Below are positions 24,742-34,038 of a stretch of 64,000 bases of DNA, piece by piece (position 1 is the first letter of the stretch; every line of letters begins with the position of its first letter). The DNA comes from Minisyncoccota bacterium (lineage in GTDB: Bacteria > Patescibacteriota > Minisyncoccia > Phycocordibacterales > VMEP01). A program made the translations under genes and the position numbers. The DNA lies in assembly GCA_041659085.1 (NCBI GenBank), contig JBAZYZ010000001.1:4884-68883 (forward strand), in the 5' to 3' direction. A model generated the notes under the pieces. It was not told where the DNA came from. It saw only the letters and a program-made list of their open reading frames with translations, and did no database searches.

Positions 24742-24885
24742 TGTTTGTTATCCTCCGTTAGTTGAACATATTGCACCCGTACTGCCTGTTTAAGATGCTA
24801 GCATAACCCGAAAAGTTTAAGCAATACATTGCTGAAAGACCGGTTTTTTGCTACATTTGCATTGTTCTATAGGGTTTCGAGGGTG

Positions 24886-24925
24886 TAGTTCCCCTGTGGC
24901 AGGGCAAAGCTCACTACGGGGCAGG
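24886..24925. repeat. degenerate palindromic repeat element, copy D
   Basis: cccctgtggcagggcaaagctcactacgggg; shares the CCCyGTrG / CACTACGGGG termini of the family. Confidence 0.4.
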
Positions 24926-24962
24926 CAGTACGATGAAACATCATATATAATTTATTTCCTGC

Positions 24963-25036
24963 GCGCGCGTGTAGTTCAGTGGTAGAACGCTGTCCTGATA
25001 AGACAGAGGTCGAAAGTCCGATTCTTTCCACGCGCA
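24963..25036 (+). tRNA. tRNA-Ile (anticodon GAU)
   Basis: acceptor gcgcgtg/cacgcgc; D-arm gttc-agtggta-gaac; anticodon stem ctgtc/gacag with loop ctGATaa; no encoded CCA. Confidence 0.8.
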
Positions 25037-25107
25037 CACAGGATGTAAGTTGTTGAAGGGCGTTTTGAATGCCTTGAAATAGAAGAGGATAGTAGTAAAA
25101 TGAAGTT

Positions 25108-25704
25108 ATGAAAAACAAAAAATTCACAATCTGGGAGGCGATTGATTTTGGCTGGAAGTCCGCGGAAAAGAACCTTTGGTTCCTGGTTGGGCTGTTTCTT
25201 TTGGTGTTTATGTTATCTTCGGGAACAGGCTGGTTCCCGGGCAGTTCTTTCGTCATTTCTATTTTGGGCGGCATCTCAATCCTGACCGCGGTGCTTGATA
25301 TTTACGCCGGCAAAAAAGCCGCCGTGGAAAATCTTTTTTCAAAATACAACCTGATACTCCAATACCTTGTGACATCCGTGCTTTACTTGGCTATGGTTTT
25401 TGTCGGGTTGGTCCTGTTTATCATCCCCGGGATATACGTTATGCTTAGGTTCCAATTCTATAAATTCCTTATTGTTGACAAGGAAATGGAACCGATTGAG
25501 GCGTTGCGCGGAAGCGCTCAAATGACAAGAGGTCATGTCTGGCAGCTTTTCGGTTTGCTCTGCATTTCTGTGGCGTTAAATATCTTGGGACTTCTTGCCC
25601 TGGGTGTCGGGTTGCTCGTGACGGTTCCCGTGACGTTGCTTGCATATACTTTTGTCTACAAAAAACTCCTTGCCGAAGAACATCATTCTACGGTAGCATC
25701 GTAG
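25108..25704 (+). CDS. polytopic membrane protein (DUF975-like), hypothetical
   Basis: 198 aa; 4-5 TM helices; ATG preceded by a 3-codon uORF (atgaagttatga). Confidence 0.6.
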   Translation: MKNKKFTIWEAIDFGWKSAEKNLWFLVGLFLLVFMLSSGTGWFPGSSFVISILGGISILTAVLDIYAGKKAAVENLFSKYNLILQYLVTSVLYLAMVFVGLVLFIIPGIYVMLRFQFYKFLIVDKEMEPIEALRGSAQMTRGHVWQLFGLLCISVALNILGLLALGVGLLVTVPVTLLAYTFVYKKLLAEEHHSTVAS

Positions 25705-25770
25705 AGAACAGCAAAATAGTGGAATAACCGAATATTCAAATATTTTATTATTTGATTATTTTGATATATG

Positions 25771-25854
25771 CCGAGGTGGTGAAATTGGTAGACACGTACG
25801 CTTCAGAAGCGTATGTCGAAAGACATGGGAGTTCAAGTCTCCCCCTCGGCACCA
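25771..25854 (+). tRNA. tRNA-Leu (anticodon CAG), type II with long variable arm
   Basis: acceptor gccgagg/cctcggc; anticodon loop ttCAGaa; variable arm tgtcgaaagacatg; 3' ...cctcggcacca. Confidence 0.8.
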
Positions 25855-26258
25855 TGAGAATAAAAGTATATTTGGCTGGCCAGGCTGACGAATACGAAAA
25901 CAATTGGAAGAAAAAATTTGGCGACATAGGTGTGTGTGATTTTCACGACTGGGAAATACACTCAGATCAAACGTCACCAGACACATATTTCCCAGATGAT
26001 TTAAGCGGAGTTAAAAATTCCGAATATCTTATAGCAAACCCAGGAGTAGTTTCATCAGAAGGCACATGGATAGAGGTAGGCGCTTTCTACGCTTACAAGA
26101 CTAAATCACCAGGAGAGTTTTGTGACAGTTTAATTATTATTTGGAGCGAGAATAGGAATCCTAAATGGTCTCTTGATTTTGTTAAGAAAACTGGACATGT
26201 TGTTTTAACGGTTGAAGAAGCTAAAGAAAAATTGCTTGAGTTATTAAGTAAAAGATAA
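25854..26258 (+). CDS. nucleoside 2-deoxyribosyltransferase-like (YtoQ-family-like) protein
   Basis: ATG overlaps the last nucleotide of tRNA-Leu; 'RIKVYLAGQ...W...DFHDWE' resembles the N-deoxyribosyltransferase-like fold; assignment tentative. Confidence 0.45.
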   Translation: MRIKVYLAGQADEYENNWKKKFGDIGVCDFHDWEIHSDQTSPDTYFPDDLSGVKNSEYLIANPGVVSSEGTWIEVGAFYAYKTKSPGEFCDSLIIIWSENRNPKWSLDFVKKTGHVVLTVEEAKEKLLELLSKR

Positions 26259-26265
26259 CTGATTT

Positions 26266-27099
26266 ATGAAACTCCTATACGGCAAACCGACCGCCGAAAA
26301 GATACTCGGCGATGTAAAAAAGAAAATTGCGGAGTCCGGGGTTACGCCGGGGCTTGCTGTTATTTTGGTTGGAGACGATAGGGCTTCGCATATTTATGTT
26401 TCTCTCAAGGAAAAAAAAGCCAAAGAAAACGGTTTTTATTTCGAGAAGCATGTTTTTCTTGCCGACGTTAAGACGTCCGAGATAACGGGTCTCATTGAAG
26501 AGCTGAACGATAAGCCGAATATTCACGGTATTCTGGTACAGCTGCCTTTGCCTACGCACACGGACACGGAGGCTGTTATTGCCGCTATTGCTCCCGTAAA
26601 AGATGCTGACGGATTTCATAAAGAGACAATCAGGAAATTTCTGGACGCCGACGTGGAATCAGCGCCGGTATTCCCGCAGGCGATTATTGAAATTATAAAA
26701 GAAAGCGGTGTCTCCCTCTCAAACAAAAAAGTCGCGATTGTTGTAAATTCCGCATTGTTTGGAGGAGTGCTTCAAAAAGCACTAGAGAACATCGGTCTTG
26801 CGGTTCGGATAATTCAGCTTGCCGAGCTGTCTCAAAACATCAGCGCGTTGAAAGAAGCGGATATTATTGTGACGGCTTGCGGCAAGCCGAAACTTATAAC
26901 GGGGGGTATGGTCAAAGGTAACTGTCTGGTCGTTGATGGAGGAACCTGCGAGCTCCATGGCAAGACTGTCGGTGATGTTGATGTGCAAAGTATGGAAAAT
27001 ACGGATGTTGTTTTGACCTCTGTCCCGGGCGGGGTCGGACCACTTACAGTGGCTTGCCTGTTGCGCCGCGCGGCAAGGCTTGCAGGGGTGGCGGTCTAG
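26266..27099 (+). CDS. folD: bifunctional methylenetetrahydrofolate dehydrogenase/cyclohydrolase
   Basis: 'ILVQLPLPTH' and 'TPGGVGPLTVACLL' FolD signatures. Confidence 0.88.
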   Translation: MKLLYGKPTAEKILGDVKKKIAESGVTPGLAVILVGDDRASHIYVSLKEKKAKENGFYFEKHVFLADVKTSEITGLIEELNDKPNIHGILVQLPLPTHTDTEAVIAAIAPVKDADGFHKETIRKFLDADVESAPVFPQAIIEIIKESGVSLSNKKVAIVVNSALFGGVLQKALENIGLAVRIIQLAELSQNISALKEADIIVTACGKPKLITGGMVKGNCLVVDGGTCELHGKTVGDVDVQSMENTDVVLTSVPGGVGPLTVACLLRRAARLAGVAV

Positions 27100-27114
27100 C
27101 GGGTATTCTGGTGA

Positions 27115-28458
27115 ATGCGTATGGATTATAAGAATTATTTCAAAAACAAGAAAATAACCGTAATGGGCCTCGGTCTTTTAGGCCGTGGGGTGGGGGACGC
27201 GATTTTTTTGGCCGGGTGCGGGGCGAAACTTACGGTAACCGACTTTAAGACCAAAGAGCAGTTGGCGACATCAATCAAGAAGCTCTCAAAATGCAAAAAT
27301 ATAAAATTTTCTTTAGGTGGGCATAAGCTGAGGGATTTTAACGGTAAAGATTTTGTACTGAAAGCCGCCGGTGTGCCGATTGATTCGCCGTATATAAAAG
27401 AAGCGAGAAAAAACAAAATTCCGGTGGAAATGAGCTCGTCTCTTTTTGTCAAACTGGCGGGGATACCCATAATCGGCGTGACGGGCACGCGTGGTAAATC
27501 TACAGTCGCTTACCTTATACATCACATACTAAAATCAGCCGGCAAAAAAGTTTTTCTGGGGGGTAATGTTCTTGGTGTTTCCACACTGTCTTTTTTGCCT
27601 AAAGCCAAGCAGTATGATTACGCCGTGCTCGAACTTGATTCCTGGCAGCTGCAGGGGTTTGGCGAAAGCAAGTTGTCTCCGGACATATCGGTGTTCACGA
27701 CGTTCTTGGACGATCACCTTAATTACTATGCTTCGACTTCGCTCAGCACAAGCCGCAAGAAATATTTTACGGATAAGGCCGGTATTTTTAAGTATCAAAA
27801 AGGTGACGATTTATTGATTGCCGGCAAACAGGCGTATCCGTTTATAAAGAAATGGGGCAGTAAAGTTCGCGGGGAGTTGGTTGTGCCCGAAGAGTCTTTG
27901 CCTCGGGGATGGAAAATAAGTTTGCCGGGCAAACACAACGAATACAACGCGCGGTTAGCCGTTGAAGTCGCGCGTTCTCTCTGGATTCCTGACGCGGTAA
28001 TCAAAAAATCCCTGGCCACATTTTCTTCCGTGCCCGGACGGCTTGAATTAATCCGCATGGTGAAAGGTGTGCGAATCTACAACGATACCAACTCCACAAC
28101 GCCAGATGCCACTATCGTCGCCCTCCGCGCACTTGGCGGTTCAACCGCCAAGTTGAAGAAGATAGTATTGATAGCAGGCGGGGCGGACAAGGGGCTTGAA
28201 ATGAGCGCGCTCGTAAAAGAAATTCCAAAATACTGCAAAGAGGTGGTATTACTTAAGGGGAGTGGTACAGAAAAAATTAAGAATAAAATTAAAGGAAAAG
28301 AATTTGATAATTTTAAAAAAGCTGTTCAATATGCTTTTGGCAAAGCAAAAAGGGGAGATGTATTATTGCTCAGCCCCGCCTTTGCTTCATTTGGTATGTT
28401 TAAGAATGAATACGACAGGGGGGAACAGTTTGTTAGATTAGTAAAGAAGTTGAAGTGA
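27115..28458 (+). CDS. murD: UDP-N-acetylmuramoylalanine--D-glutamate ligase
   Basis: N-terminal 'KKITVMGLGLLGRG' Rossmann-like domain; 'IGVTGTRGKSTV' Mur-ligase P-loop. Confidence 0.8.
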   Translation: MRMDYKNYFKNKKITVMGLGLLGRGVGDAIFLAGCGAKLTVTDFKTKEQLATSIKKLSKCKNIKFSLGGHKLRDFNGKDFVLKAAGVPIDSPYIKEARKNKIPVEMSSSLFVKLAGIPIIGVTGTRGKSTVAYLIHHILKSAGKKVFLGGNVLGVSTLSFLPKAKQYDYAVLELDSWQLQGFGESKLSPDISVFTTFLDDHLNYYASTSLSTSRKKYFTDKAGIFKYQKGDDLLIAGKQAYPFIKKWGSKVRGELVVPEESLPRGWKISLPGKHNEYNARLAVEVARSLWIPDAVIKKSLATFSSVPGRLELIRMVKGVRIYNDTNSTTPDATIVALRALGGSTAKLKKIVLIAGGADKGLEMSALVKEIPKYCKEVVLLKGSGTEKIKNKIKGKEFDNFKKAVQYAFGKAKRGDVLLLSPAFASFGMFKNEYDRGEQFVRLVKKLK

Positions 28459-29513
28459 TGGAAGAGAAAATAAAAAATATTTTAGAAGAAGCTATTCAGG
28501 GCCGTGTATTCCCCGGAGCTACGGTCGGTATACTTCATAAAGACTTGTCGCGGAAGTTTGTTAGCGCCGGGAGATTTGAATATGACAGCTCTTCTCCGCC
28601 GGTATTGGACAGTACCATTTATGACACAGCTTCTATCACAAAATCAATTCCCATTGCCCTGACTGCGCTCATGTTTATTGAAAAAGGATTGCTGTCACTA
28701 GAAGATAGAATAATCAAATATATACCCGAAATTATCATAGAAAATGCTGAAAAGGCTTTAATAAGACATCTGCTGACTTATACGTATGTTTTAAAAAAGA
28801 ATTCTGACCCCAATTTTTCCTACGAGCATTCAAAGGCTGAAGATATTTTTGGTTTCCTTTTCAAAAGAGAATTTGAATTTTTACCTGGGACTCGTTATCA
28901 ATACAGCAATACTCCTTTAAATCTTTTGGGAATAATTCTTGAAAGAATATCGGGAGAAAAGCTTTATAGTTTGGCGGGGAAAATTGTTTTTGGTCCGCTT
29001 GAGATGAAAACTTCCACTTTTTTAATAAAAGACAAACAAAAAATTCCTCCGACCGAAATTGTCTCGTGGAGAGGAAAGATTCAGGGCGTAGTACACGATG
29101 AAACCGCTTATATTCTAGGGAAAGAGGGTTTCAATCCCGGCTGTGCCGGACTGTTCTCTACCACGGAAGATATCCTAAATGTGGCAGAAATGATTCTGAA
29201 CAATGGTTCTTTTAGGGGAATTAAAATTTTTGGTTCGAAAACTATTGGATTAATGAAGGCAAACGCTCTTGGTGACATTGGTGAGTGGTGTGGTATAGGA
29301 TGGGAGCTAAATCAGCTTAGGTTTATGGGGGACTACTCGCATGAGCAGATGATTGGTAAAACTGGGTTCACGGGCACATGTTGTATTATTGACCCTAAGC
29401 AGTCTAAGGCGCTGGTTATCTTATCAAACCGAACTTATCCAAAACGCCCCATAAATGGAGATGCTATCAATGAAATAAGACGCAGCATTTCAAATGTGGT
29501 ATTTAAATCATGA
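28458..29513 (+). CDS. serine hydrolase of the beta-lactamase/PBP family
   Basis: 'ASITKSIP' S-x-x-K active-site motif; ATG overlaps the murD stop (TGATG). Confidence 0.75.
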   Translation: MEEKIKNILEEAIQGRVFPGATVGILHKDLSRKFVSAGRFEYDSSSPPVLDSTIYDTASITKSIPIALTALMFIEKGLLSLEDRIIKYIPEIIIENAEKALIRHLLTYTYVLKKNSDPNFSYEHSKAEDIFGFLFKREFEFLPGTRYQYSNTPLNLLGIILERISGEKLYSLAGKIVFGPLEMKTSTFLIKDKQKIPPTEIVSWRGKIQGVVHDETAYILGKEGFNPGCAGLFSTTEDILNVAEMILNNGSFRGIKIFGSKTIGLMKANALGDIGEWCGIGWELNQLRFMGDYSHEQMIGKTGFTGTCCIIDPKQSKALVILSNRTYPKRPINGDAINEIRRSISNVVFKS

Positions 29514-30841
29514 ATGAAATTAACTTAGATAAAATTAAGCACGTGCACTTTATAGGCATCGGCGGAATCGGTGTTTCAGCTGTGGCTAGGATGATGCTCG
29601 TCCAAGGTAAAAATGTTTCCGGTTCGGATGTGTCCGAGTCTAGGGTCACCAAGGAACTCATGGAACTCGGCGCGCATATTTCTATCGGACATAAAGCGGG
29701 AAATATTCCAAGGGAAGCTGATTTGATGATCCATACCATCGCCGTCTCGCCGAATAATCCTGAGTTTGAAGAAGCTACGCGCCGCGATATTCCGGCTTTT
29801 TCATACCCGGAATTCCTCGGAATAATTTCTGAGAATATGTTTACTATTGCCGTTTCCGGAACGCACGGGAAGACTACCACTACGGCGATGCTCGCGGATG
29901 TTCTTTGGAGTGAGGGGATAAACCCCACGGTAATTGTGGGTAGTCTGTTAAAAAATGCCGGGAGCAATTTTATTGCCGGAGATTTTCCGGCTCATATTTT
30001 AGGCGAGGAATATGATAAGGGGGTGTTGGTTGTTGAAGCCTGCGAATACCGACGCTCGTTCATAAATTTGAATCCGCGCGTTCTTATTATTACAAACATT
30101 GATAACGACCACCTTGATTACTATAAGGATATTGGCGATATAATTTCGGCTTTTAATGAGGTTGCCTGCAAAGTTCCGGAGAATGGTTTTATTATCGCCA
30201 ATACCCAAAATTCTTACATTAAGAGGGCTTTAAAAGGAGTGAAGGCGCAGATTATAGATTATTCCGTTTATGACGCTTCGGACCTTAGTTTAAAGGTTCC
30301 CGGAACCCATAACAGAGAAAATGCCAAAGCTGTCTTGGCTCTGGTATCGGTGCTTAGATCTGACCCGGCTAAAGCCGAAGAGGCTCTCGATGACTTCTCT
30401 GGCACTTGGCGGAGATTTGAATTCAAGGGCGGGACGAAAGGTGGTGCTATTATTTATGATGACTATGGACATCACCCGACAGAAGTTAAGGCTACGCTTT
30501 CCGGCGCGCGGGAGAAATTCCCGGACCGCAAAATTACCGTTGTTTTTCAGCCCCATCTTTATTCCCGCACCAAACTTCTGCTTGACGATTTTGCCCGCGC
30601 TTTCGGCGATGCCGACAATGTCATTCTTGCTCCGATTTACGCAGCTCGGGAAGAATTTGACCCGAACATAAATAGCGAGATGTTGGCCGAAAAAATACGC
30701 ATGTTGAATGGCAGCGTCAGCTCCTTTACTGATTTAAAAAATATCGTTGAGTATTTGAAGCATAGCCTTAAACACGGCGACATATTGATCACTATGGGCG
30801 CTGGAGATGTTTACAAAGTGGGGGAAGCATTGACAGAATAG
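29510..30841 (+). CDS. murC: UDP-N-acetylmuramate--L-alanine ligase
   Basis: 'VHFIGIGGIGVSAVARMM' plus 'IAVSGTHGKTTTTAML'; ATGA overlap with the upstream gene. Confidence 0.88.
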   Translation: MNEINLDKIKHVHFIGIGGIGVSAVARMMLVQGKNVSGSDVSESRVTKELMELGAHISIGHKAGNIPREADLMIHTIAVSPNNPEFEEATRRDIPAFSYPEFLGIISENMFTIAVSGTHGKTTTTAMLADVLWSEGINPTVIVGSLLKNAGSNFIAGDFPAHILGEEYDKGVLVVEACEYRRSFINLNPRVLIITNIDNDHLDYYKDIGDIISAFNEVACKVPENGFIIANTQNSYIKRALKGVKAQIIDYSVYDASDLSLKVPGTHNRENAKAVLALVSVLRSDPAKAEEALDDFSGTWRRFEFKGGTKGGAIIYDDYGHHPTEVKATLSGAREKFPDRKITVVFQPHLYSRTKLLLDDFARAFGDADNVILAPIYAAREEFDPNINSEMLAEKIRMLNGSVSSFTDLKNIVEYLKHSLKHGDILITMGAGDVYKVGEALTE

Positions 30842-30919
30842 TATTTTTATTACATACTACGAAGTAGTGTTCTCAAAATGTTTTTGGGCTTGTCGGATAA
30901 ATATCAACCGGAGAGGAAG

Positions 30920-31102
30920 ATGAAGGAATCAAGAAATCCGTTTAGGCACACTAGGCTGTGCGCCGGGTGCGGCAGGCCAACAGCGCTCCTTGTTCACGAC
31001 GGCTGCGCGGAAAGGTTTGCGAAGAAGGCCAAAAATAAGCCCGCAAGAAAGGCCAGGAAGAAAACATCCTATCCTGAGGGGTTTATAAAAACCCTAGAAT
31101 GA
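30920..31102 (+). CDS. small basic Cys-containing protein (CAGCG...DGC), hypothetical
   Basis: GGAGAGGAAG 2 nt before the ATG; 60 aa; Lys/Arg-rich C-terminus; followed by a terminator. Confidence 0.45.
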   Translation: MKESRNPFRHTRLCAGCGRPTALLVHDGCAERFAKKAKNKPARKARKKTSYPEGFIKTLE

Positions 31103-31120
31103 GTTTCCAGATTTTTGATT

Positions 31121-31150
31121 GAGCCCCGCTTTACGCGGGGCTTCGTTTTG
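31121..31150 (+). terminator. rho-independent terminator
   Basis: gagccccgctttacgcggggcttcgttttg. Confidence 0.65.
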
Positions 31151-31164
31151 TGTACGTTATTCAT

Positions 31165-31860
31165 ATGTCCACTCTATATATCGTCGCCACTCCAATCGGA
31201 AATCTTGAAGACATTACTCTCCGGGCTATCCGAATTTTGAAGGAAGTTGAGTTGATACTCTGCGAGGATACGCGGATGACTAAGAGGCTTTTGAATAAGT
31301 ATGAAATCAGCACACCGACTATGAGTTATCACGCCCAGTCCAAACTTTCAAAGGTCGGAAAAATTTTTGAACTTTTGGAAGAAGGGAAAAATCTGGCGCT
31401 TGTGTCTGACGCCGGCACTCCGACTATTTCCGACCCCGGGGTTCTGCTCGTTTCTCAGGTAAAGGAAAAATTCGGCAGTGAGACAAAAATAGTGCCCGTC
31501 CCGGGGGCCTCAGCTGTCATTTCCGCCCTGTCGGCTTCAGGCGTACTATCCTCAGAATTTACTTTCTTGGGCTTCTTACCGCACAAGAAAGGAAGAGAGA
31601 CTTTATTTAAAGAGATCGCTGAGGCGAAAAGAACAACGGTTTTTTATGAGTCTCCGCATCGCATAATGAAGACACTCGCATCTCTTTCATCCCATTTGGA
31701 AGCCTCGCTTCCAAGCAAAAGAAAAATAGTGGTTGCGCGGGAATTGACTAAAATACATGAAGAGTTTCCGGAAGGAACCCCTGCGGAACTATTGGAATAT
31801 TTCAATAAAAATAAGGAGAGAGTTCGCGGGGAATTTGTGGTCATCGTATCCGGAAAGTAG
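31165..31860 (+). CDS. rsmI: 16S rRNA (cytidine1402-2'-O)-methyltransferase
   Basis: 'LYIVATPIGNLEDITLRAIRILKEVELILCEDTR' RsmI/tetrapyrrole-methylase-fold signature; ATG at 31165 preferred over GTG 31150, which lies inside the terminator. Confidence 0.85.
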   Translation: MSTLYIVATPIGNLEDITLRAIRILKEVELILCEDTRMTKRLLNKYEISTPTMSYHAQSKLSKVGKIFELLEEGKNLALVSDAGTPTISDPGVLLVSQVKEKFGSETKIVPVPGASAVISALSASGVLSSEFTFLGFLPHKKGRETLFKEIAEAKRTTVFYESPHRIMKTLASLSSHLEASLPSKRKIVVARELTKIHEEFPEGTPAELLEYFNKNKERVRGEFVVIVSGK

Positions 31861-31896
31861 GTTTTAAAGATGTCTTAGGTTTGCTATAATCCTCCC

Positions 31897-32139
31897 ATGT
31901 CAAAAAAGCGAACGATTATAATCTTGGGTTTATTGGTGGCGCTTTTGCCGTTTTCCGGCATTCCAAGGGGAATACGCGAATCACTTTCGGCTTTAGCGGG
32001 TCTTGTTATAGCGGTGCTGGCTTTTCTTTTGAAGCGTAAGATTGAGCGGATGGCTATGGGGGAGAGCAATGACACTTTTTCACAAAACAGCGTTTACTCG
32101 GTTCCTCAGGAGGGAGGAGAAAAAGAAGCAAAAAGCTAA
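31897..32139 (+). CDS. small membrane protein (two TM helices), hypothetical
   Basis: preceded by an extended -10 (tgctataat) 6 nt upstream of the ATG: leaderless candidate. Confidence 0.5.
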   Translation: MSKKRTIIILGLLVALLPFSGIPRGIRESLSALAGLVIAVLAFLLKRKIERMAMGESNDTFSQNSVYSVPQEGGEKEAKS

Positions 32140-32163
32140 AGCCCCGCTTAATCCGGTCCAATA

Positions 32164-33438
32164 ATGAAAAGAATTTTTAAGGGGAAACATTTTTTTGTCG
32201 GAGCGTCCCTCGGCGTTTTTGCCGTGGCTGGTTATTTGGGACTGTCATTTATACCAGGCGAAACATACAGTTCGGAAGGCGGGTTGGAGGCGCTTGCGAC
32301 TAGCTCTGCAGACAAAATTGTTGAAGTAAAAAACACGGATGGTAAAAGCGCTAATTTCCAGGCAGTTGCGCATATGGAGACACCAGAACCGCTCAAGGCG
32401 ATTTATATGACCGCCTGTGTCGCAGGTACTCCGTCCTGGCGCGAACGTATGGCAAAATTGGTTGAGACGACGGAATTAAACTCAATCATTATTGATATCA
32501 AAGATTATAGCGGCGCCATCTCAATTGAAACAAATAACCCTATCTTTAAGGATAATGTCGGCAAAGGTTGCCGGGTAAAAGATATGCGGGAATTCGTGTC
32601 GTTTCTGCACGACAAAGGCATATATGTAATAGGGCGTATTACCGTTTTTCAGGACCCATATTACACAAAAGCTCACCCGGAACTGGCGGTGAAAAAAATG
32701 TCCAACAAGGAAGTTGTATGGAAAGACCGCAAAGGACTTTCTTTTATAGATGTCGGAGCCAAGCCTTATTGGGATTATATCGTAGAGCTTGGCAAAGAAT
32801 CTTACGATATGGGTTTTGATGAACTGAATTTTGACTACATCCGTTTCCCGTCCGATGGCGATATGAGGGACATCTACTTCTCTTACGGCGTGGGAAAAAC
32901 AAAAGCTGAGGCGCTGGAAGAGTTCTTTATATACCTTAATGACCAACTGAAGCCAATTGGCGCTGTTTTGTCCGCCGATTTGTTTGGCATGACAGCGACC
33001 AATAATGACGACCTCAATATCGGGCAGGTTCTTGAACGCGCTCTCCCGCATTTTGATTACGTGTCGCCGATGGTTTATCCGTCGCATTACCCGACCGGTT
33101 TCAACGGCTGGAAAAACGTTAATGCCCATCCGTATGACATTGTTAAGTTCTCGCTTGCTCGCGCGGTGGAGAGGACCGAGGCAACCACGACGGCGGTTAA
33201 CTTTTTGGGAGCGGCAATCATATCCTCGGGAACTACCACGAAGAGTGTTATATACGCGAAGGAGCCTTACCCTAGGGGGAAAATCCGCCCGTGGCTGCAG
33301 GATTTCAGCTATCCCGTAACATATACGCCGGAGATGGTGAAAGCGCAGATACAAGCGACATATGATGTAGGCCTCACTAGTTGGATGCTCTGGGACCCGG
33401 CCAATAAATATACTCCCAGTATTTTGCTGAAGGAGTAA
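32164..33438 (+). CDS. putative glycoside-hydrolase-like TIM-barrel protein (DUF4015/YngK-like), N-terminally membrane-anchored
   Basis: N-terminal TM helix; '...NSIIIDIKDYSG...GIYVIGRITVFQDP...GFDELNFDYIRFP' resembles GH-like (GHL) families. Confidence 0.5.
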   Translation: MKRIFKGKHFFVGASLGVFAVAGYLGLSFIPGETYSSEGGLEALATSSADKIVEVKNTDGKSANFQAVAHMETPEPLKAIYMTACVAGTPSWRERMAKLVETTELNSIIIDIKDYSGAISIETNNPIFKDNVGKGCRVKDMREFVSFLHDKGIYVIGRITVFQDPYYTKAHPELAVKKMSNKEVVWKDRKGLSFIDVGAKPYWDYIVELGKESYDMGFDELNFDYIRFPSDGDMRDIYFSYGVGKTKAEALEEFFIYLNDQLKPIGAVLSADLFGMTATNNDDLNIGQVLERALPHFDYVSPMVYPSHYPTGFNGWKNVNAHPYDIVKFSLARAVERTEATTTAVNFLGAAIISSGTTTKSVIYAKEPYPRGKIRPWLQDFSYPVTYTPEMVKAQIQATYDVGLTSWMLWDPANKYTPSILLKE

Positions 33439-33584
33439 CTTTTTGGTTTATCCCCAAAAACTATTGACCGCCATTACCCGTGTGGTAACATTTAAATAGT
33501 CGCTGCTTCACGATATTAAGCGGCTAAACGCTCTTCCCCTCGGCATTTTTGTGAGGGACAAACTCAATAGAAGAAGGAGACTAT

Positions 33585-33986
33585 ATGAAACGCAACAAAC
33601 TGTTGTCCCTCGCGTTGGTAGCTCTGGCAATCAGCGTCGGCGCCTCCAGCGTATTCGCAGCCTCGAATCCGACCGTCGGCGGCGTCGATCAAGCGACCAC
33701 CACCAAGACTTTCACCAACCCGGCGCCCGTGGCTGCGGGTACCAACACCGGCGCGCGCGAGGCCGTGGCCAGTCCGACCGTCAACGTGAAGCCGGCAGCA
33801 GCGACCATCAGCGCGCAGAAAGCGACCACCGCCAGCGCCAAGGACCAGATCGCCGCCAAGGCCGTCTCGCTCGATTCGGCAACCGCCACCGCCACCGCTG
33901 CGGTCAATGCCGGCCTCGTTCTCGCCGTCGCGCATACGGTCGACGCCTCCGCCAACCCGGCAGCAATGGTACCGCTGCTGAACTGA
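33585..33986 (+). CDS. secreted Ala/Thr-rich low-complexity protein encoded in a GC-rich (~64%) segment
   Basis: AAGGAG SD 6 nt before the ATG; signal peptide MKRNKLLSLALVALAISVGASSVFA|A; GC3-rich codons (gcc/acc/ggc/gtc) contrast with flanking ~40% GC. Confidence 0.65.
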   Translation: MKRNKLLSLALVALAISVGASSVFAASNPTVGGVDQATTTKTFTNPAPVAAGTNTGAREAVASPTVNVKPAAATISAQKATTASAKDQIAAKAVSLDSATATATAAVNAGLVLAVAHTVDASANPAAMVPLLN

Positions 33987-34014
33987 GCTTTCTGTTCTAG
34001 GGTCTTACGGCCCA

Positions 34015-34038
34015 ACCCCCCTCTTCGGAGGGGATTTT
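34015..34038 (+). terminator. rho-independent terminator
   Basis: cccccctcttcggaggggattttt. Confidence 0.7.

Noticed and set aside
24365-24793. 142-aa plus-strand ORF overlapping the 24382-24741 minus-strand gene
   Set aside because: It has an S/P/R/L-rich low-complexity translation and no RBS. The minus-strand frame has a strong SD and ends at the terminator.
32521-33354. 277-aa antisense ORF inside the glycoside-hydrolase-like gene
   Set aside because: It is fully nested antisense to a well-supported CDS and is Arg-rich with no motifs.
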